A stretch of DNA of 61,742 nucleotides, the filler included, from Choristocarpus tenellus KU-1152 (Eukaryota > Protista > Phaeophyceae): the NCBI GenBank assembly GCA_964200185.2. It is 5 parts of 5 records of this genome, joined end to end, with 100 filler letters (N's around TTAATTAATTAA, not from the genome) between each part and the next. Parts side by side here need not be neighbours in the genome. Positions count along the whole stretch, not along the records: positions 31,142 to 43,398 come from CAXNAD020001909.1; positions 43,499 to 58,140 come from CAXNAD020001144.1; 3 more parts are not named here. One strand, given 5' to 3'. Under the pieces are notes generated by a model. It was not told the origin of the DNA and searched no databases. It saw nothing but the letters and a program-made list of their open reading frames with translations. Both the position numbers and the translations under genes were made by a program. This document shows positions 38,101-50,707 of this stretch, piece by piece. Every line of letters begins with the position of its first letter. Position 1 is the first letter of the stretch.

Positions 38101-39700
38101 GAAACAAATCAAGGCCGGTCTGGTCCCAGGGGCAACTGCCAACGCCATACTGTACTACACAACTGTACTACTATTGCTCCAGTACAATAAAATGTTCTGT
38201 TTGCTTTGCTCACGAATTCTGGATTATTACGATTTATTCTATGTTTGCGTTCCAACCATTCTCCTCCTACCCATTTTACCACCACTTGTGACCAACCAGT
38301 GCGAACCCCTTTCGCCACTTATATCCAGTCACCACCCACCTCTGATGACCAACCAGTGCGAACCCCCTTCTTCAGCACTGATTTCCAGCCACCTCTGATG
38401 ACCAACCAATGCGACCCCTTCGCCACTGATTTCCAGTCAGCAACACCATCTGATGACCAACCAGTGCGACTCCTTTGCCACTGATTTCCAGTCACCCCCC
38501 ACATCCGATGACCAACTGTTTAAACATAGGCTACTCATTTGATTTGTCTTAATACGATACAATAATGTCAGTTCATACTGAATGTTGATTTGTACATTGT
38601 ACTAGTCGATATTTCCACTTACTTCATTAGCTCATCATCACAATATCATCAATTAATTGCCTGTACAAAATCACAGTACGGAGGAAGCATCAGAACAGTC
38701 GCTACCTAGCACACATACACAAGGCATAATATGCGTGACATTTTTTCCCTTCCTTCTTCTTCACACAAGAACCCATCAGTTACATATCATGCGTTTATTA
38801 TTTTCCTTTAGCTGGCGTTGTCCCCTCATAAGACATCGACATCATTCTGCACTACGTGTACCTGATACACACTGGGATGCAGTATAATCAGCGTCAAAGC
38901 ATCCTCAGAAACCCTTCTCAGCCAAGGTGACAAGCCTTTCCACAGAGCATGCATTTCTTCATTTGAGTGTCTCAACGAATGACCCCACTTTCGCATCAAC
39001 CATCATCTGATTGAGCAAAACATGTCAGATCTACCGGAACAAATTCACCGGTGCTTTGTTGCACTATGACACCCTTCACCACAAGCTAGCCACAGCACAA
39101 CCAAGCATGACACATACAGACTCAGGTTTCAACAGGTTACGAGCCTCACACGATACCCCTTATCCAACCAGTGCGACCCCTTTGAAACTGATTTCCAGTC
39201 ACCCCCCCCATCTGATGACCAACCTGGGCTGATTCTCTTAAAAATTTCCTCGACGCATCTGTTACTATATTTTTAGTTGGATCTTCATAATTATTATATT
39301 ATTCTTTTACAGTGCGACCCCTTCGCCACTGATTTCCAGTCACCAACCCCATCTGATGACCAACCAGTGTGACCCCTTCGTCACCGATTTCCAGTCACCA
39401 ACCCCATCTGACGACCAACCAGTGCGACCCCTTCGCCATTGATTTCCAGTCAACACCCCACCCTTCAACCCCACACAACCCCAAACCGCTTACCACTCCA
39501 CCACATCATTCAACACCACTCCCCTCCTCAATAGTTTCCACCACTTTCATTTCTTCATACCTTTCAACACCACTCAACTCCCAACACTTTCCACCACTTT
39601 CCACTCCCCCACACCACTCAATACCACTCCACATACAAGAACACCCCTTCACCATCCACTACATACCATGCGTTTGAACTAGAAGACAACTACCCCGCCC
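35150..39700. repeat. Composite inverted-repeat block with ~55-bp minisatellite
   Basis: Inverted pairs: 35150-35300/39005-39155; 35740-35830/38515-38600; 36300-36420/38850-38975; 36760-36900/39540-39700; 37180-37310/38140-38240. Unit gatgaccaaccagtgcgacccctt..ccactgatttccagtcacc at 38285-38515 and 39165-39450 (+), and 36910-37160 (-). Confidence 0.75.
37859..38068. mobile_element. ~210-bp hairpin/MITE-like element of a second family
   Basis: Perfect 22-bp inverted repeat gcatatcaaattgaagctgaga / tctcagcttcaatttgatatgc, with further inner complementarity (tcgattgg/ccaatcga). Confidence 0.7.
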
Positions 39701-40649
39701 GACCTTGACCTCCCCCTCCCACTCAACATCCCAGTAGGTCGTAAGCAAGCAAAAAGATGGGTAGGTGGGAGAGATTGCTCAGAGGTTGTCTTGTACTAGC
39801 CCTGCTTGTCCCCTACCCCCAGCCTCAGGTTTTTCTTACATTCTGACCATTCCTTCCTACCAGGTGTTTCCACCTACCACACATTTATTCTAACTTCTTC
39901 CCTCTTCTGCATCCTAGCCACTCAGTACTAAACTCTTTGTCTACCTTTTGATATATATATATTTTTTCAAATCAACCTTCCTTCCCTGTACGTCAGTCCT
40001 ACCAGAATTCTCCCGCCTGCAAAACTCAGAATACTTCATAAACATCCCCTTGTAGATCAGTCCTTATATTCAACAATATCACACACAACCATTTGGGTTC
40101 CAACGCCCTCTAAGTCAGGTTTAATTCCGGGGAAAGCCGATTTCGATTATTCGAAATTTGTGTGTTGGTGCCTAAGAGTAGTATAGGACGGGTTGAAACT
40201 GTACAATCTCTACCTCTCTGTCATTCTTAATAGAACAAGCTTCTTGGCTTGCAACAACGATACCGTTAAAATGGGAAATACAACTGTACTCATTGATTGG
40301 TTATGCAGTTATTTGCGTAACACTTGAATTTCATAAATGTAGAATAGTTTATATTTAACTAAAATATGTGTCACCTGGTTGACGAAAGACTGGACCTTCT
40401 GGTTCATGTAAGTCGTGGGGATAACTTTGATGAGTCATAAAGAAACGAGCCATCACCATCAAAACCCGAAGTAGCCAAGAAGATGGTTGTGGTGTACGCA
40501 TTTCAGATAGTTGATATTCGAGTAGGCCTACCACCTCCATGTCATGGTTCACAAGTGGAAGATCCTACATGTGGAGCTTAAGATTAAGCTCGCAACTCTT
40601 GAAGGGCTAGATCAGGACAGAGCAATCAATGGTCAGCGAAGAAATTAAG

Positions 40650-40909
40650 GAGTGAAAGTATCTTAGGGGGTACGAGTTTTTCCCTGTTTGTCCATTTGGG
40701 GCTTGACTTCCCACGGGTTCTTTATCACATTTTATCTACTCCAAAATGTTTTGTAGTAGGTAAAATGTATATATTATGCGAAGTTGTGTGCAGAACAAGG
40801 ATATTGACACTTCCTAACAAACACGATAGCCAAAAATTACACCAATATCGCAACATTGGATTTTGGCCCCCAAATGGACGCGGCTCTACCCTCTAAGATA
40901 CTTTGACTC
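40650..40909 (+). mobile_element. Complete MITE with TAAG target-site duplication
   Basis: taag|gagtgaaagtatcttaggggg...ccctctaagatactttgactc|taag. Confidence 0.9.
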
Positions 40910-41993
40910 TAAGTGCATAAACAGTTAGGATCTGCTCTACTCAAATTAGGCAAGACCAACCAAGACAAATAGTAATGCCGGCAATGCTACAGGATCCCCT
41001 CTATTAGAGAGTGACACTGAAGTCATGACTGGAAGAGCAAGCTGCCCACAAGCTACCCATTTGATGCACAGGCTAATTCCTATGCTGCCTCTATTTGACA
41101 CACAGGCACCCTTGAAGCCACCATTTCCCTTCCAGGAGGAAAAACAGGTGTCTCAGTAGGACATCTCATCTCGTTGGGATGGTATAGCAGCGTTGGTGCT
41201 CATGAGTGCAGGTAAATGATGCCCGGGAGAACAGTAAAATGTAGCCGAATCGCCAATTTTGATTGTTACCGTCAAAGAGTGTCTATTTTCATCAGAAACA
41301 GAAGACCAATCACCAATTAGTTTTGAGAGCCTTCAAAGGGGTCAAAAGTTGGAATCATTTTTACAGTCCGTAATTCAATACACTTGCACTCTGCTCAGTA
41401 CAGCCCACACATACGACAATGACCTGATCGGTGAAGTCCCAACAACGCTCATTACAAACCGCCCACACAGAACAATTGCCAGCAAAAACCATCACTGCAG
41501 CACACCTCTCATATCCACGGACCTGTGCCTCTGGTAGCAGGGGTAACAAGGAGGGGAACCTCCCCCACCAATACCCACTGTACTCCAGTAGCTCTAGGAG
41601 GATCAGTGGGGGTGTGTGCCTGGGAAAACCTGGAGGGGCTATGCTGGGGGGAAAGAGGAAAATATAATGTTGGCCAGATAGCAGCCACAGTGCTCTGGCA
41701 GGACTACGAGGAAAGGGGAAGGGAGAGGCTGTGCCTGTGAGAAAGAGAGGGAGAACCTCCACCAGATAGCAGCCATCGTGACACAGAGCACCTCTGGGAG
41801 GAAACGAGACAATAGTGGACTGTGGTTTAGAAGCAAGGAAGAGCTGTGCCAGGGGGGGTCTTTGTGTACCTGTTCAGAAGACAGTGACACAGCTAAATAT
41901 GCATGTGTTACAGGTGAGTAGTGTGAGTATTTCTTCCTGCGCTTTAACTGGCGCGAGCAGTGTACACGCGTGAGAAACCCCAAAAGGGAGAAC

Positions 41994-42249
41994 AAGCCAA
42001 AGTATCTTAGAGGGTACGAGTTTTGCCCTGTTTGTCCATTCGGGACTTGGCTTCCCTTGGGGTTTTCATGACATTTTCCTACTTCAAAATGTTTCGGAGT
42101 AGTAAAATTTATACGTTCTGAAAGGTGTGTCCGGAGCAAGGATATTGACGCTTCCTAACAAACACGATAGCCAAAATTATATCGAAATCAAAACATTGGA
42201 TTTTGGCCCCCAAATGGACGCGGCTCTACCCTCAAAGATACTTTGGCTC
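41994..42249 (+). mobile_element. Complete MITE with GAAC target-site duplication
   Basis: gaac|aagccaaagtatcttagagggta...taccctcaaagatactttggctc|gaac. Confidence 0.9.
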
Positions 42250-42978
42250 GAACTCTCCGATTTGCTAAAAAGTTGCAGAATAAAATCTGTAATTGGGAAG
42301 GTCGCAAGGGTTGTCAGATATATTCGAACGTCTGTAAACCAAAGAAGCCCCAACAGTAAATGATGATAAGAGATGCTAAAAACGACTCCAAATGGCTCAG
42401 TTCGGATTCAGACACCCACACAAGACACTATTAACTGATACCGATACACATTCATATGCTTATTGATTCATTAAGGGTACCCCTGTTCTGCTGAGCTGAC
42501 GTTCGTTAACCTGTGGATTGGACCCCTTTGACTGTCGGAGTACCCTGGGAGCCCTGTACGAACATCAACACTATCGATAGGCCTGTGGATTAGAACTACG
42601 CATCCTGTGGAGGTAAGCTTCTGGAGCATGCCTGTAACACATGCGCCAAGTGTAACTTTTACCATAACTTCGATCTTCAAAGTTGTTAACAGGAATTCTA
42701 AAGTAATAAAGCTATCACAACCCATGTCCCTGCCAGATGTTGTAACGATCGGGTACGCAGTAACCTAACCCTAACCCTAACCCAAGTAGATCGTGTTTAG
42801 AGTCAACCATCTCCGAAAGAAAGTTTGACAATGACGTTACCTTAGAGAGGAAGAAGGGAATAGGCTTGATCTAGCAATAGTTACAACTTTGCACCGCTTC
42901 ATATCTAGTGATAGTTACTAATGGGTAAATCCAAACTAAGAGATCATCTTGATTTTGCATGGAATTCAATGTACTAAC

Positions 42979-43131
42979 TCTGTGCCATAAGTTTGTGCCG
43001 TGAAACATCTGGGCTCGCCGAGCAAGAACGGCACCGAATCGGACGATAACACCACATAATGAAATCGGGTTGATAATCTCAGCTTTCAGAAAAGGTGGGG
43101 GTCGAGGATCATCAGGTACAAACTCGAGGTA
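42979..43131 (-). CDS. Isolated exon-like segment of unknown gene (possibly upstream part of the 24-30 kb gene)
   Basis: ctaat..ttttgaag|YLEFVPDDPRPPPFLKAEIINPISLCGVIVRFGAVLARRAQMFHGTNLWHR|gttagt; 51 codons, phase 0-0. Confidence 0.35.
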
Positions 43132-43498
43132 CTTCAAAATGTCAAATTAGTTTTTTTTGGGGGTGATTTTGAGGACAGAACTGGGCATGTCAAGGGTCAG
43201 AATGTCGGCATCCAATCCCCCCGTTGACCCCCCTGCGTAGGAAGGATGTCCAAGTATCACTGAATACCAGGGTTACACTTGCAGTATGGCACGCCCTCGT
43301 GATGGTCCCTAGTGAGCATAAATTGCCGTGACACGTTGGGCTGACCCTTTCAGCGGAGTTTGGGGTATCTGAGCGTTATATGTGAGGGCTCTGGGAGGNN
43401 NNNNNNNNNNNNNNNNNNNNNNNNNNNNNNNNNNNNNNNNNNTTAATTAATTAANNNNNNNNNNNNNNNNNNNNNNNNNNNNNNNNNNNNNNNNNNNN

Positions 43499-43567
43499 CA
43501 TCAAAATCACAACATTAGATTTTACCCCCAAATGGACGTGGCTCTACCCTCTAAGATACTTTGGCTC
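43499..43567 (+). mobile_element. Right end of MITE truncated by gap
   Basis: ccccaaatggacgtggctctaccctctaagatactttggctc. Confidence 0.85.
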
Positions 43568-44551
43568 TTTTGAAAGCTACTACTATATTGTTCATAGAAG
43601 AAAAGAAACTCCAATTATTACTTTGAAGTACAACATTACTTCATGTTTATAGTGAAAAAAGAGCAGCAGACATGTTATGAAAGGTCATTCATTGGCCGTC
43701 AGTGTTGACATGTATGTGTGTGTCATTACCTCCAATCTGAGACAGGATGTATTGTAATCCTGACTTAGTATAAGAAAAGTTTTTGCATGAGGAGGTTCAC
43801 ATGACTGAGTCCAAGTAAATGAGAGCTACCCAGAGTTGGATTCTAAGGAGGCTGCCAAATATGTGCAAAATTAATCTTTTTTTACAAGCGTGTATAGGAT
43901 ATTTTCTTAACTCTGTTGAAAATTCTCAAACAATAGAGAAATAAATGCTCTCAAGTCAAACTTAGCACTCCCTCTACAGAAATAGGAGTGAATTGCAAAG
44001 GATTGAACAACTGGCATAAAATGCAAGTCGACCAAAGGCTGGGCACCTCTCGTTTACTTTGACTCAGTGTTCAGTGTAATCTTTTCAAGGGCTCAACTCT
44101 TTTGTTGTCTGATTGTGTTCAGCTTCAGTCAATCGTAACAGCATTGATTGGTCGATATATCGAAGTCTTAGCATGTACAAGTACACAATTTGAATTATAG
44201 TACACCACTAGCACAAGTCACTGCACTTTCTGGTCATGTTGCCAAAATATGTCATCTCTTATGTGAATACTCTTCGAGATCTACTGGCAATGATAGCCGA
44301 GTTCCAAATTTATGTGTCAAAAGCAAGCAACTAACTCAAGTGATCGGAGAACTCGCACTGATTGAGCAACAAGTCGTCTACTTGTAGAGCATCTTGAGAG
44401 ATAAAACTGCATAGTTTTCTTTTTCTTTTTAACAGGTTACACTATGATGTGTACTTGGGAGGATGCATATCAGTTCCATATTACGGTGTTCTGACGTTAC
44501 ATGTTCCAATGACAGTGACAATGACAGTTACGAAAACGGTTGCAATGATAG

Positions 44552-45663
44552 GTACTGTGTCCGTGTCAAGGGCAAGAATGAAGACTTAAACAAGCCTGGG
44601 GCTTGTGGCAAGGGACAGGTCTACCTGGAAGGAGCGGTAGAAATCATCCGCAACCTGGACAACATCAACTTTCATCACCTCTTCTCAGGACGAGTAAGAA
44701 TCCTTATCAGAGACTTTGGTCATTTAAAATGAAAAACAAAACTGGAGATGTTTGTCCCACATGAGATTGGGTACATCATCACCAAAAGAGGTCATCAAAT
44801 CAGACACAAGCACGACTTCATTCCATGTTCATGTCATGTAGGCCTTCTATTTTCTCCTTTGTTTAGTGGTGAGGATGTCATGTAGTAGTGGGGTAGAGAC
44901 CAAGTGATGTATGGTGCGACTTGATGAAGCTGTATGTCTCTAGTTGATCAAAGATGACTGCAACAAGGACTGAGGGGCCATGAGAAGGTCTCCACCACAC
45001 AGTATTTGTGGGATATAATGGGGTCTGACACCCAACAATTTCTTAAGGGTATCCTGATTTAACAAGTCATGCATACCCCAAAAAATTCAACACCGAAATA
45101 AACTCTATACTAACTAATTCTTCGAAGTGTGTGCAAGTATTTAGTACACCCTATATTATTCACTCACTGATTTTCACTTGATGATTTTTCAGGTCCCGTT
45201 GGGTAAGCTTGGACGAATCAAGAATCTTGTCCGAACATCCCTTGTGACCCTGCCACGTTTTATGGAGAACCAGACAATATACAAGGCCATGCTGCGACAG
45301 ATAGGGGAGCTTAACGGTATAATCTCAAAGAAACCACAGGCTCCACTCAGAATGAGTATGAAGTTGAGGCGGACACAGAGTGAAGGGGGGCAGGGCACAA
45401 CTTGCCGGGAGTCAAAGTCTGCCAAGAGCCATAGCAATGCACAACGTGCAACAACAATTCATTTCTCACATAATGCTAAGAGCAGGCATGGGAGAAGGAA
45501 AATAGAAACATTGGTCCCATCAGTTGGAGACCAATATGATGTTGGTATCATGGCAAGATGTGCTTGGCAGTCACCAAGTACTGTACACTTCCAAGATGAG
45601 AACCCTCATGTGCAGGATATCTCAAAGATTACTAATACTAGACTACTATTAGACTATAAATAA
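44552..45663 (+). pseudogene. C-terminal part of a MATCAP/KIAA0895 (DUF1704) tubulin tyrosine carboxypeptidase-like gene; 5' exons not found
   Basis: Exons 44552-44693 and 45193-45663 join in phase 0: RYCVRVKGKNEDLNKPGACGKGQVYLEGAVEIIRNLDNINFHHLFSGR|VPLGKLGRIKNLVRTSLVTLPRFMENQTIYKAMLRQIGELN. This resembles the DUF1704 C-terminus (YCVRxKRG..D...PG...KDQVYL.G...I.F..L..G.V......P.FM). KRG reads KGK and KDQ reads KGQ; no HExxxH exon was located. Confidence 0.65.
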
Positions 45664-46977
45664 AATACTACGGATAAAAAGCAGCCATGTGTCACCTGAA
45701 CCCTGTGCCTGAAGATGGCGTTTGTGCAAGAGTCAACATGGGGGGCTGCAGAACGTGGGCAACAACAATGCTAAGCATGGGAGCTACAGATTTGTGTCCC
45801 CCAACAGAACAATCTTCACAAGGGACAGAGATATGCTGGGGCGATACAAGTGACAACTTGAGGTATGCCTCAAATCATACCAGTCCACATCCAACTCAAC
45901 ACCTGGGCTGTACTCTGGAGGTGTATGGGACTTGAAAATGTTCTCAGTTGTTTTTCCAGCGTTGTTTGGGTCACCACAACACTGAGACCTTAAACCATGA
46001 ATGCCTTTCTAGAGGTACTACTGCACTTCACACCGCATGGTGACAACTATGCCAAAGGAAAAGTTCGTGCCAAATATTCACTTGAAGTTTAGATCATGTC
46101 AGCCACAACTAACCCCTGAAGCATAACATGTTCGTCACTATTATGCACAGTCTTCATCTAAGCAACTCATCATCCCCACTGCCTGCCTTTGTGGGCCCTT
46201 CACTAGCAGCTTGTAACTGGAGAGCAGGCTACAGGTGCTTGAACCCCAAAATAGATTTTGATGCTCTTGCATTACCTACAATGGGAGATATTTCACATAT
46301 GCCCGCCATTTTTGGTATGTCGATAGTGGGTGTAGCTGCCAGAAGGCTATCTACAGTGCACAGCAGTCATGCGAGAAAAAAATGAAATAGATTAAAACGC
46401 TCTGCAGATCAGCAACCAGTGCAGATCAGCCGTCAGTGTAACCACTTAGTTCGCCACACATAGATCAGATTATACCCTTTAGTTGGTTCGCCATATTCTC
46501 TGACTAGTGTCACAAGGGAAAAGAGCAATTGGTTCCCAAGGCCTTCATATCTACGCCTGTGGACAATGAATGGCATCACACATGACAACTCATCAACTGA
46601 ACTGCATAGGCAAAAGATCACCACAAAGCAGCGACATGACAACAACACACAAACAGGAGGAAACATCAACCAAATATAGTTTCCAACAGAGCAAATCACA
46701 GCAAGCCCAACTTACTTGATAACCACCCCCAGTATTCCCACCACATTGCACTGCCCCTGGCCCATTACCATTCTATCCCAGTTTAAGAGAAAAGTATGTG
46801 CCAAGAAAACTCGGCATTGGAAATTGGCAAAAGAACACTGATTACAAATGTAAACATCTTGAACGCCTGACCTTGTATACGCACATAGGTTGTCTTGCTG
46901 AGGCACTTAACCTGAACTTGATGTTAAAGAATTTCTCCACCCAACCATGCGCAAGCCTGAGAACTACCTAAAACCGG

Positions 46978-48156
46978 TTACTTGGCCATGGGGTGGGCGA
47001 CTACATAATTGACGGCATCTTCAACGCTGAGGATCTTGTCTGCCTCTGCGTCAGGAATCTCCACAGTGAATTCATCCTCAATTGCCATGACAACCTCTAC
47101 TGCATCCAGAGAGTCGAGGGATAGATCCTCCTTGAATCGAGCCGTCTCTGTCACGAGGGAGGAGTCAACCTGCACAAGTGTGGGGATCATCGTAATGTAA
47201 GGTTCATCACAAACGAAGGGATTTCCATCACACCCAGCGAACACCGTGTCAGCAAAGGAAAGACCTAGGGTGCTAATACTTATTTCATAATTACATTGAT
47301 AAGAACATTGAAGAGATACAATAGAGATGGCACTATTGGTATGTTGGTTTTCACACTTTCTTTGGAGACATTGAGTGACTCAAAACAGGACGGAATAGTG
47401 TACCAATCTGAAACCTTGGATGTGCTTTATATCAAGCAAAAGGAAAGTCTCTGACATGGAGGTCACAAAATAAGTTCAACTGTTGCACAGACGCACTGAT
47501 AGGTCAATTACTTACCTTCTCGAAGTTCTTGACCACGGCAACGATGCGTGCGGCAGTATCTGCCTTGTCAAGAAAAGCCTGGTCGGGCGATCAAAGGAAA
47601 GTCCCGTTAGCCACTGCGAATAAACACGTTGCATATAGCAATAGCACGAGGAGTGCTAGCGATAGCAATGGTTGCTTTTAATTCGCACGTAACATGTAAC
47701 ACGTCGGAGCTTGGCGCCCCACAAAAGAAAGGTATCAGAAATACAAACCGCTAGCATGTCGGACAGGAAGTAAAAAATCTCCATCAAAACAATGAGAAAG
47801 GATACGTACGGGGTTGTTCTCGGGATAAGTTCTACAAAGGGAAGGAATTGTGTATTTCCCACGGGATGCATACTTTAGAAAGCGCGCCGTTTCCCTCCAC
47901 CTCCAACCATCCCACCCCTCTAACACCTCCTAAGTAAGAGAGAGTCGATTCATCTCTGGTCGACCTTCGTAGCACTCACCTGCCCGGCAGCTGCAGAAAC
48001 GGCTCTGCTGAAGTGAAAATGTCTCACGATTGTGGATTCCCAAGCACGCCTCCCCACTGGCAGGCGCGCCACTACAGCCCCAGGAACGACAGCTTTCTTG
48101 GTTGTGTGAATGGCCACCCGTCTCAAGGCAACCGTGGCAATCGCCGCACATTGCAT
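46978..48156 (-). CDS. NDUFAB1: Mitochondrial acyl carrier protein (NDUFAB1/ACP1-like), 3 exons, 143 aa
   Basis: Exons 48156-47980, 47578-47516 and 47169-46978, all phase 0 with GT-AG sites. Arg-rich transit peptide; [32 protein letters not shown] contains the phosphopantetheine Ser; ends HPMAK*. Confidence 0.95.
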
Positions 48157-48361
48157 CTTCACTATGGTCTAGACCTTGGAAGTAGTGTATAGCAACACGA
48201 GTTACCTTTTAATAGGAACCGGTTCCTACTCTCTCCTCTTTCCTCCTGTCTCCTGTCACGTCTGTCTTTACCTTGTGTGTTCTGTACCCATATTTTTGGC
48301 TCCAAGTATAATATTAAAAAAACACGTAATCCACTCACACTCATCATACTCCATAGTCAAC
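48157..48361. promoter_or_regulatory. Putative bidirectional promoter / 5' UTRs
   Basis: Only 205 bp separate the divergent ATGs at 48156(-) and 48362(+). Confidence 0.55.
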
Positions 48362-49716
48362 ATGGAGTCCAAGTCCCCTAAAGGTAAGAAGAGGAAGAGG
48401 GCGAAGGGAAAAGGGCAAGACTACTCGGATGACATCTCTTCCCAGAGGGGGACGCTAGACAAGCTCAAAGTAGGGGGTGAGGGCGATGACTGGGGTAACT
48501 ACAAGGATGAGATCAGGACCAAGGACAAGAAAAGGAGAAAAGGCAAGGCAAGGACCGCCTCTGCTGGCAAGAATCGTTCTGAAAGCATCGACTGTATCAT
48601 TTTTCCCAAACAAACTTCTGACACAGGGGAGAAGTTAGCTTTCGATCTCGAGAAAAAGGACAAGGGAATTACTCAGCCTGGACCATCCTCCTTGCATCCT
48701 CAAAATCCCTCAACCAAGAAACGCAATGTGATGGGCAAACGAGAGAGGGTCCTTGCTTCAATCCCTTCCAAGACCATTGGAAGTCTTCACCACCCTTTTC
48801 CCACCGAATACGGAGACCACTTCGAGACACCGATGCAAGCGTACCAAGATGTCGCAGGCATCCTGTCGATATTAGCGAAGCGACTGGGCAGGAGACGTAA
48901 GACCCTGCGCATCTGGGACCCATATGTGAGTCTCACAACACGCGAGAGCTGAATCACTCAACAGAATGTTTATGTTTCTGTCCGCTCTTGTCACAGCTAA
49001 CATTACATATAGTTATTCCCATTCCCTCTCCTTTGGCAATTCTGTGTAGGAGTCCCTAGTTCAACCCACCACAATATTACTCCGATGGTCTAGTACTTTT
49101 CCCCACCGACCCTTATTCGTCCCGTTTCCAAGTCTCTTGAACTATGTCTGTTTTCCCAACTTTGAGGCAGTACTGCGCAGGCCGGACCCCCCGCCTCCTC
49201 GGTGAGCTCGGATTCCCCTTAGTATCTCACCAGAATGAAGACTTCTACGCTGTTGTGAAAGACGGTCGACAGCCCCTGCACGATGTACTGGTAACAAACC
49301 CACCTTACAGCGGTGATCACAAGCGCCGCTGCCTCGAGTATTGTGCAGGTTCAGGAAAACCTTGGCTGCTGCTTATCCCTAACTACGTCGCTACCAAGGA
49401 CTACTACCGGGAGGCTACTGTGGGAAAAGGACCTGGGGGAGGGGGTGAACCTTTTTACTTGGTGCCAAGGACGCGCTATGTCTTTGACCACCCAGAAGGA
49501 ACGGGGAACGCCGACTCACCCTTTGTTGGAGTGTGGTTTGTTCACGCTGGTAGTTACACCGATGATCTCTTCTCTACAGCAGTAGCAGGGTCTAACAGAG
49601 CCTTTGATATTGTGAGGTCTGTACAGGAACTTGGGAGGAGAGGCATCGTCAACTCTCAAAAGAGACTCAACCCCCGGCAACGAAGAGCAGCAAAGAAGCG
49701 CAAAGCTGGTAGTTGA
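48362..49716 (+). CDS. Uncharacterised NPPY-motif amino-methyltransferase-like protein, 2 exons, 369 aa
   Basis: Exons 48362-48925 (gtgagt donor) and 49171-49716 (cag acceptor), phase 0. Motifs: DHFETP, IWDPY|YCAG (SAM motif I-like), NEDFY, DVLVTNPPYS (motif IV), WLLLIPNYV. Lys/Arg-rich N- and C-termini. Confidence 0.85.
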
Positions 49717-50707
49717 GGATACATTGATCAGCAGCTATGTATGACTGTCTGGAGTTGAGGCCTTTGTGTGCAAAAAAAGGGTTTTCCAACCAGTGTACAC
49801 TTGATGTGTGTTTACTCGCCCAAACCATACAGTTCAATGTCATCACCTATATGACTTCCTGCTCTGCTCAATGGCTTCAGCTTTTAGAGCACAATACCTT
49901 GGTTAGGTGGACTGGTGCGAGTCAATGAATGAGGATTGATTGGTCAAGAATCGCACTGTCTGTATGACACGTGTGTGGGATAATATTGATAAAACTGTGT
50001 GCATGTAAGTAAACTGTGCCCTTGACACCTAGTTCCTGTTGCACTGGAGGTTGGACAAGCCAACAACACAGGTAAAACAGTTCTGATGAACACCTACATG
50101 TTTGGAACAACAGGTTTCAGTGTGAGGTTTGCCACGATGTGTCATCACAAAACTGTACTTGTTTCTGTCACAAAACTGTAGTGAACATAATACCTCCACG
50201 TAAGGTATTGTTCAGGTAGGTGTTTCTAAGCTTGCAGCATAGGAAAATGCTCAGGTACAATAAGACAATTCTCTTGCACTATATTCTGAAGTGTAGGAAA
50301 AATTTCTATTTAGTTTAGGGTTAGCTTTAATTGTGCACACACCCCAATCCATGTTTCATGATCAGTACTTACACTACATAAGGATAGAGTTGGAGTACTC
50401 AGTTGTGGCAACACAACCAAGGAGTCATTCCCCAAGTAGGATTGCAGCATGGCAGGTAGGTACCTTGCTCTCCATCAATAAAGGGTACACAAAATAATCC
50501 ATGTCCCAGTTAGAGTACCTCCCACATTTGCCACCTTGGGTGAGGCAAGTACACGACAAACACAGCATAGGGCTGTGTGTGCTTGAGTTTAATCATGATC
50601 CGAATACATGACGCTCAGGTACGTTTGAGACATCCCAGTTCCCTGTCTTCCATTCCCCATTTATCCCCAGATGGCAGTCACTAGCACCCATTTCCTCCTC
50701 TAGAACA

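Noticed and set aside
38285-39450. CRISPR-like array
   Set aside because: Units are contiguous degenerate ~55-bp repeats without unique spacers; no cas genes; eukaryotic context.
43786-43802. HEEVH as the MATCAP zinc motif
   Set aside because: Spacing is HExxH, not HExxxH; it is followed closely by a stop and lacks flanking similarity.
48176-48361. 62-aa hydrophobic N-terminal extension of the methyltransferase ORF
   Set aside because: It depends on a non-ATG start and spans the shared promoter; the first ATG is 48362.
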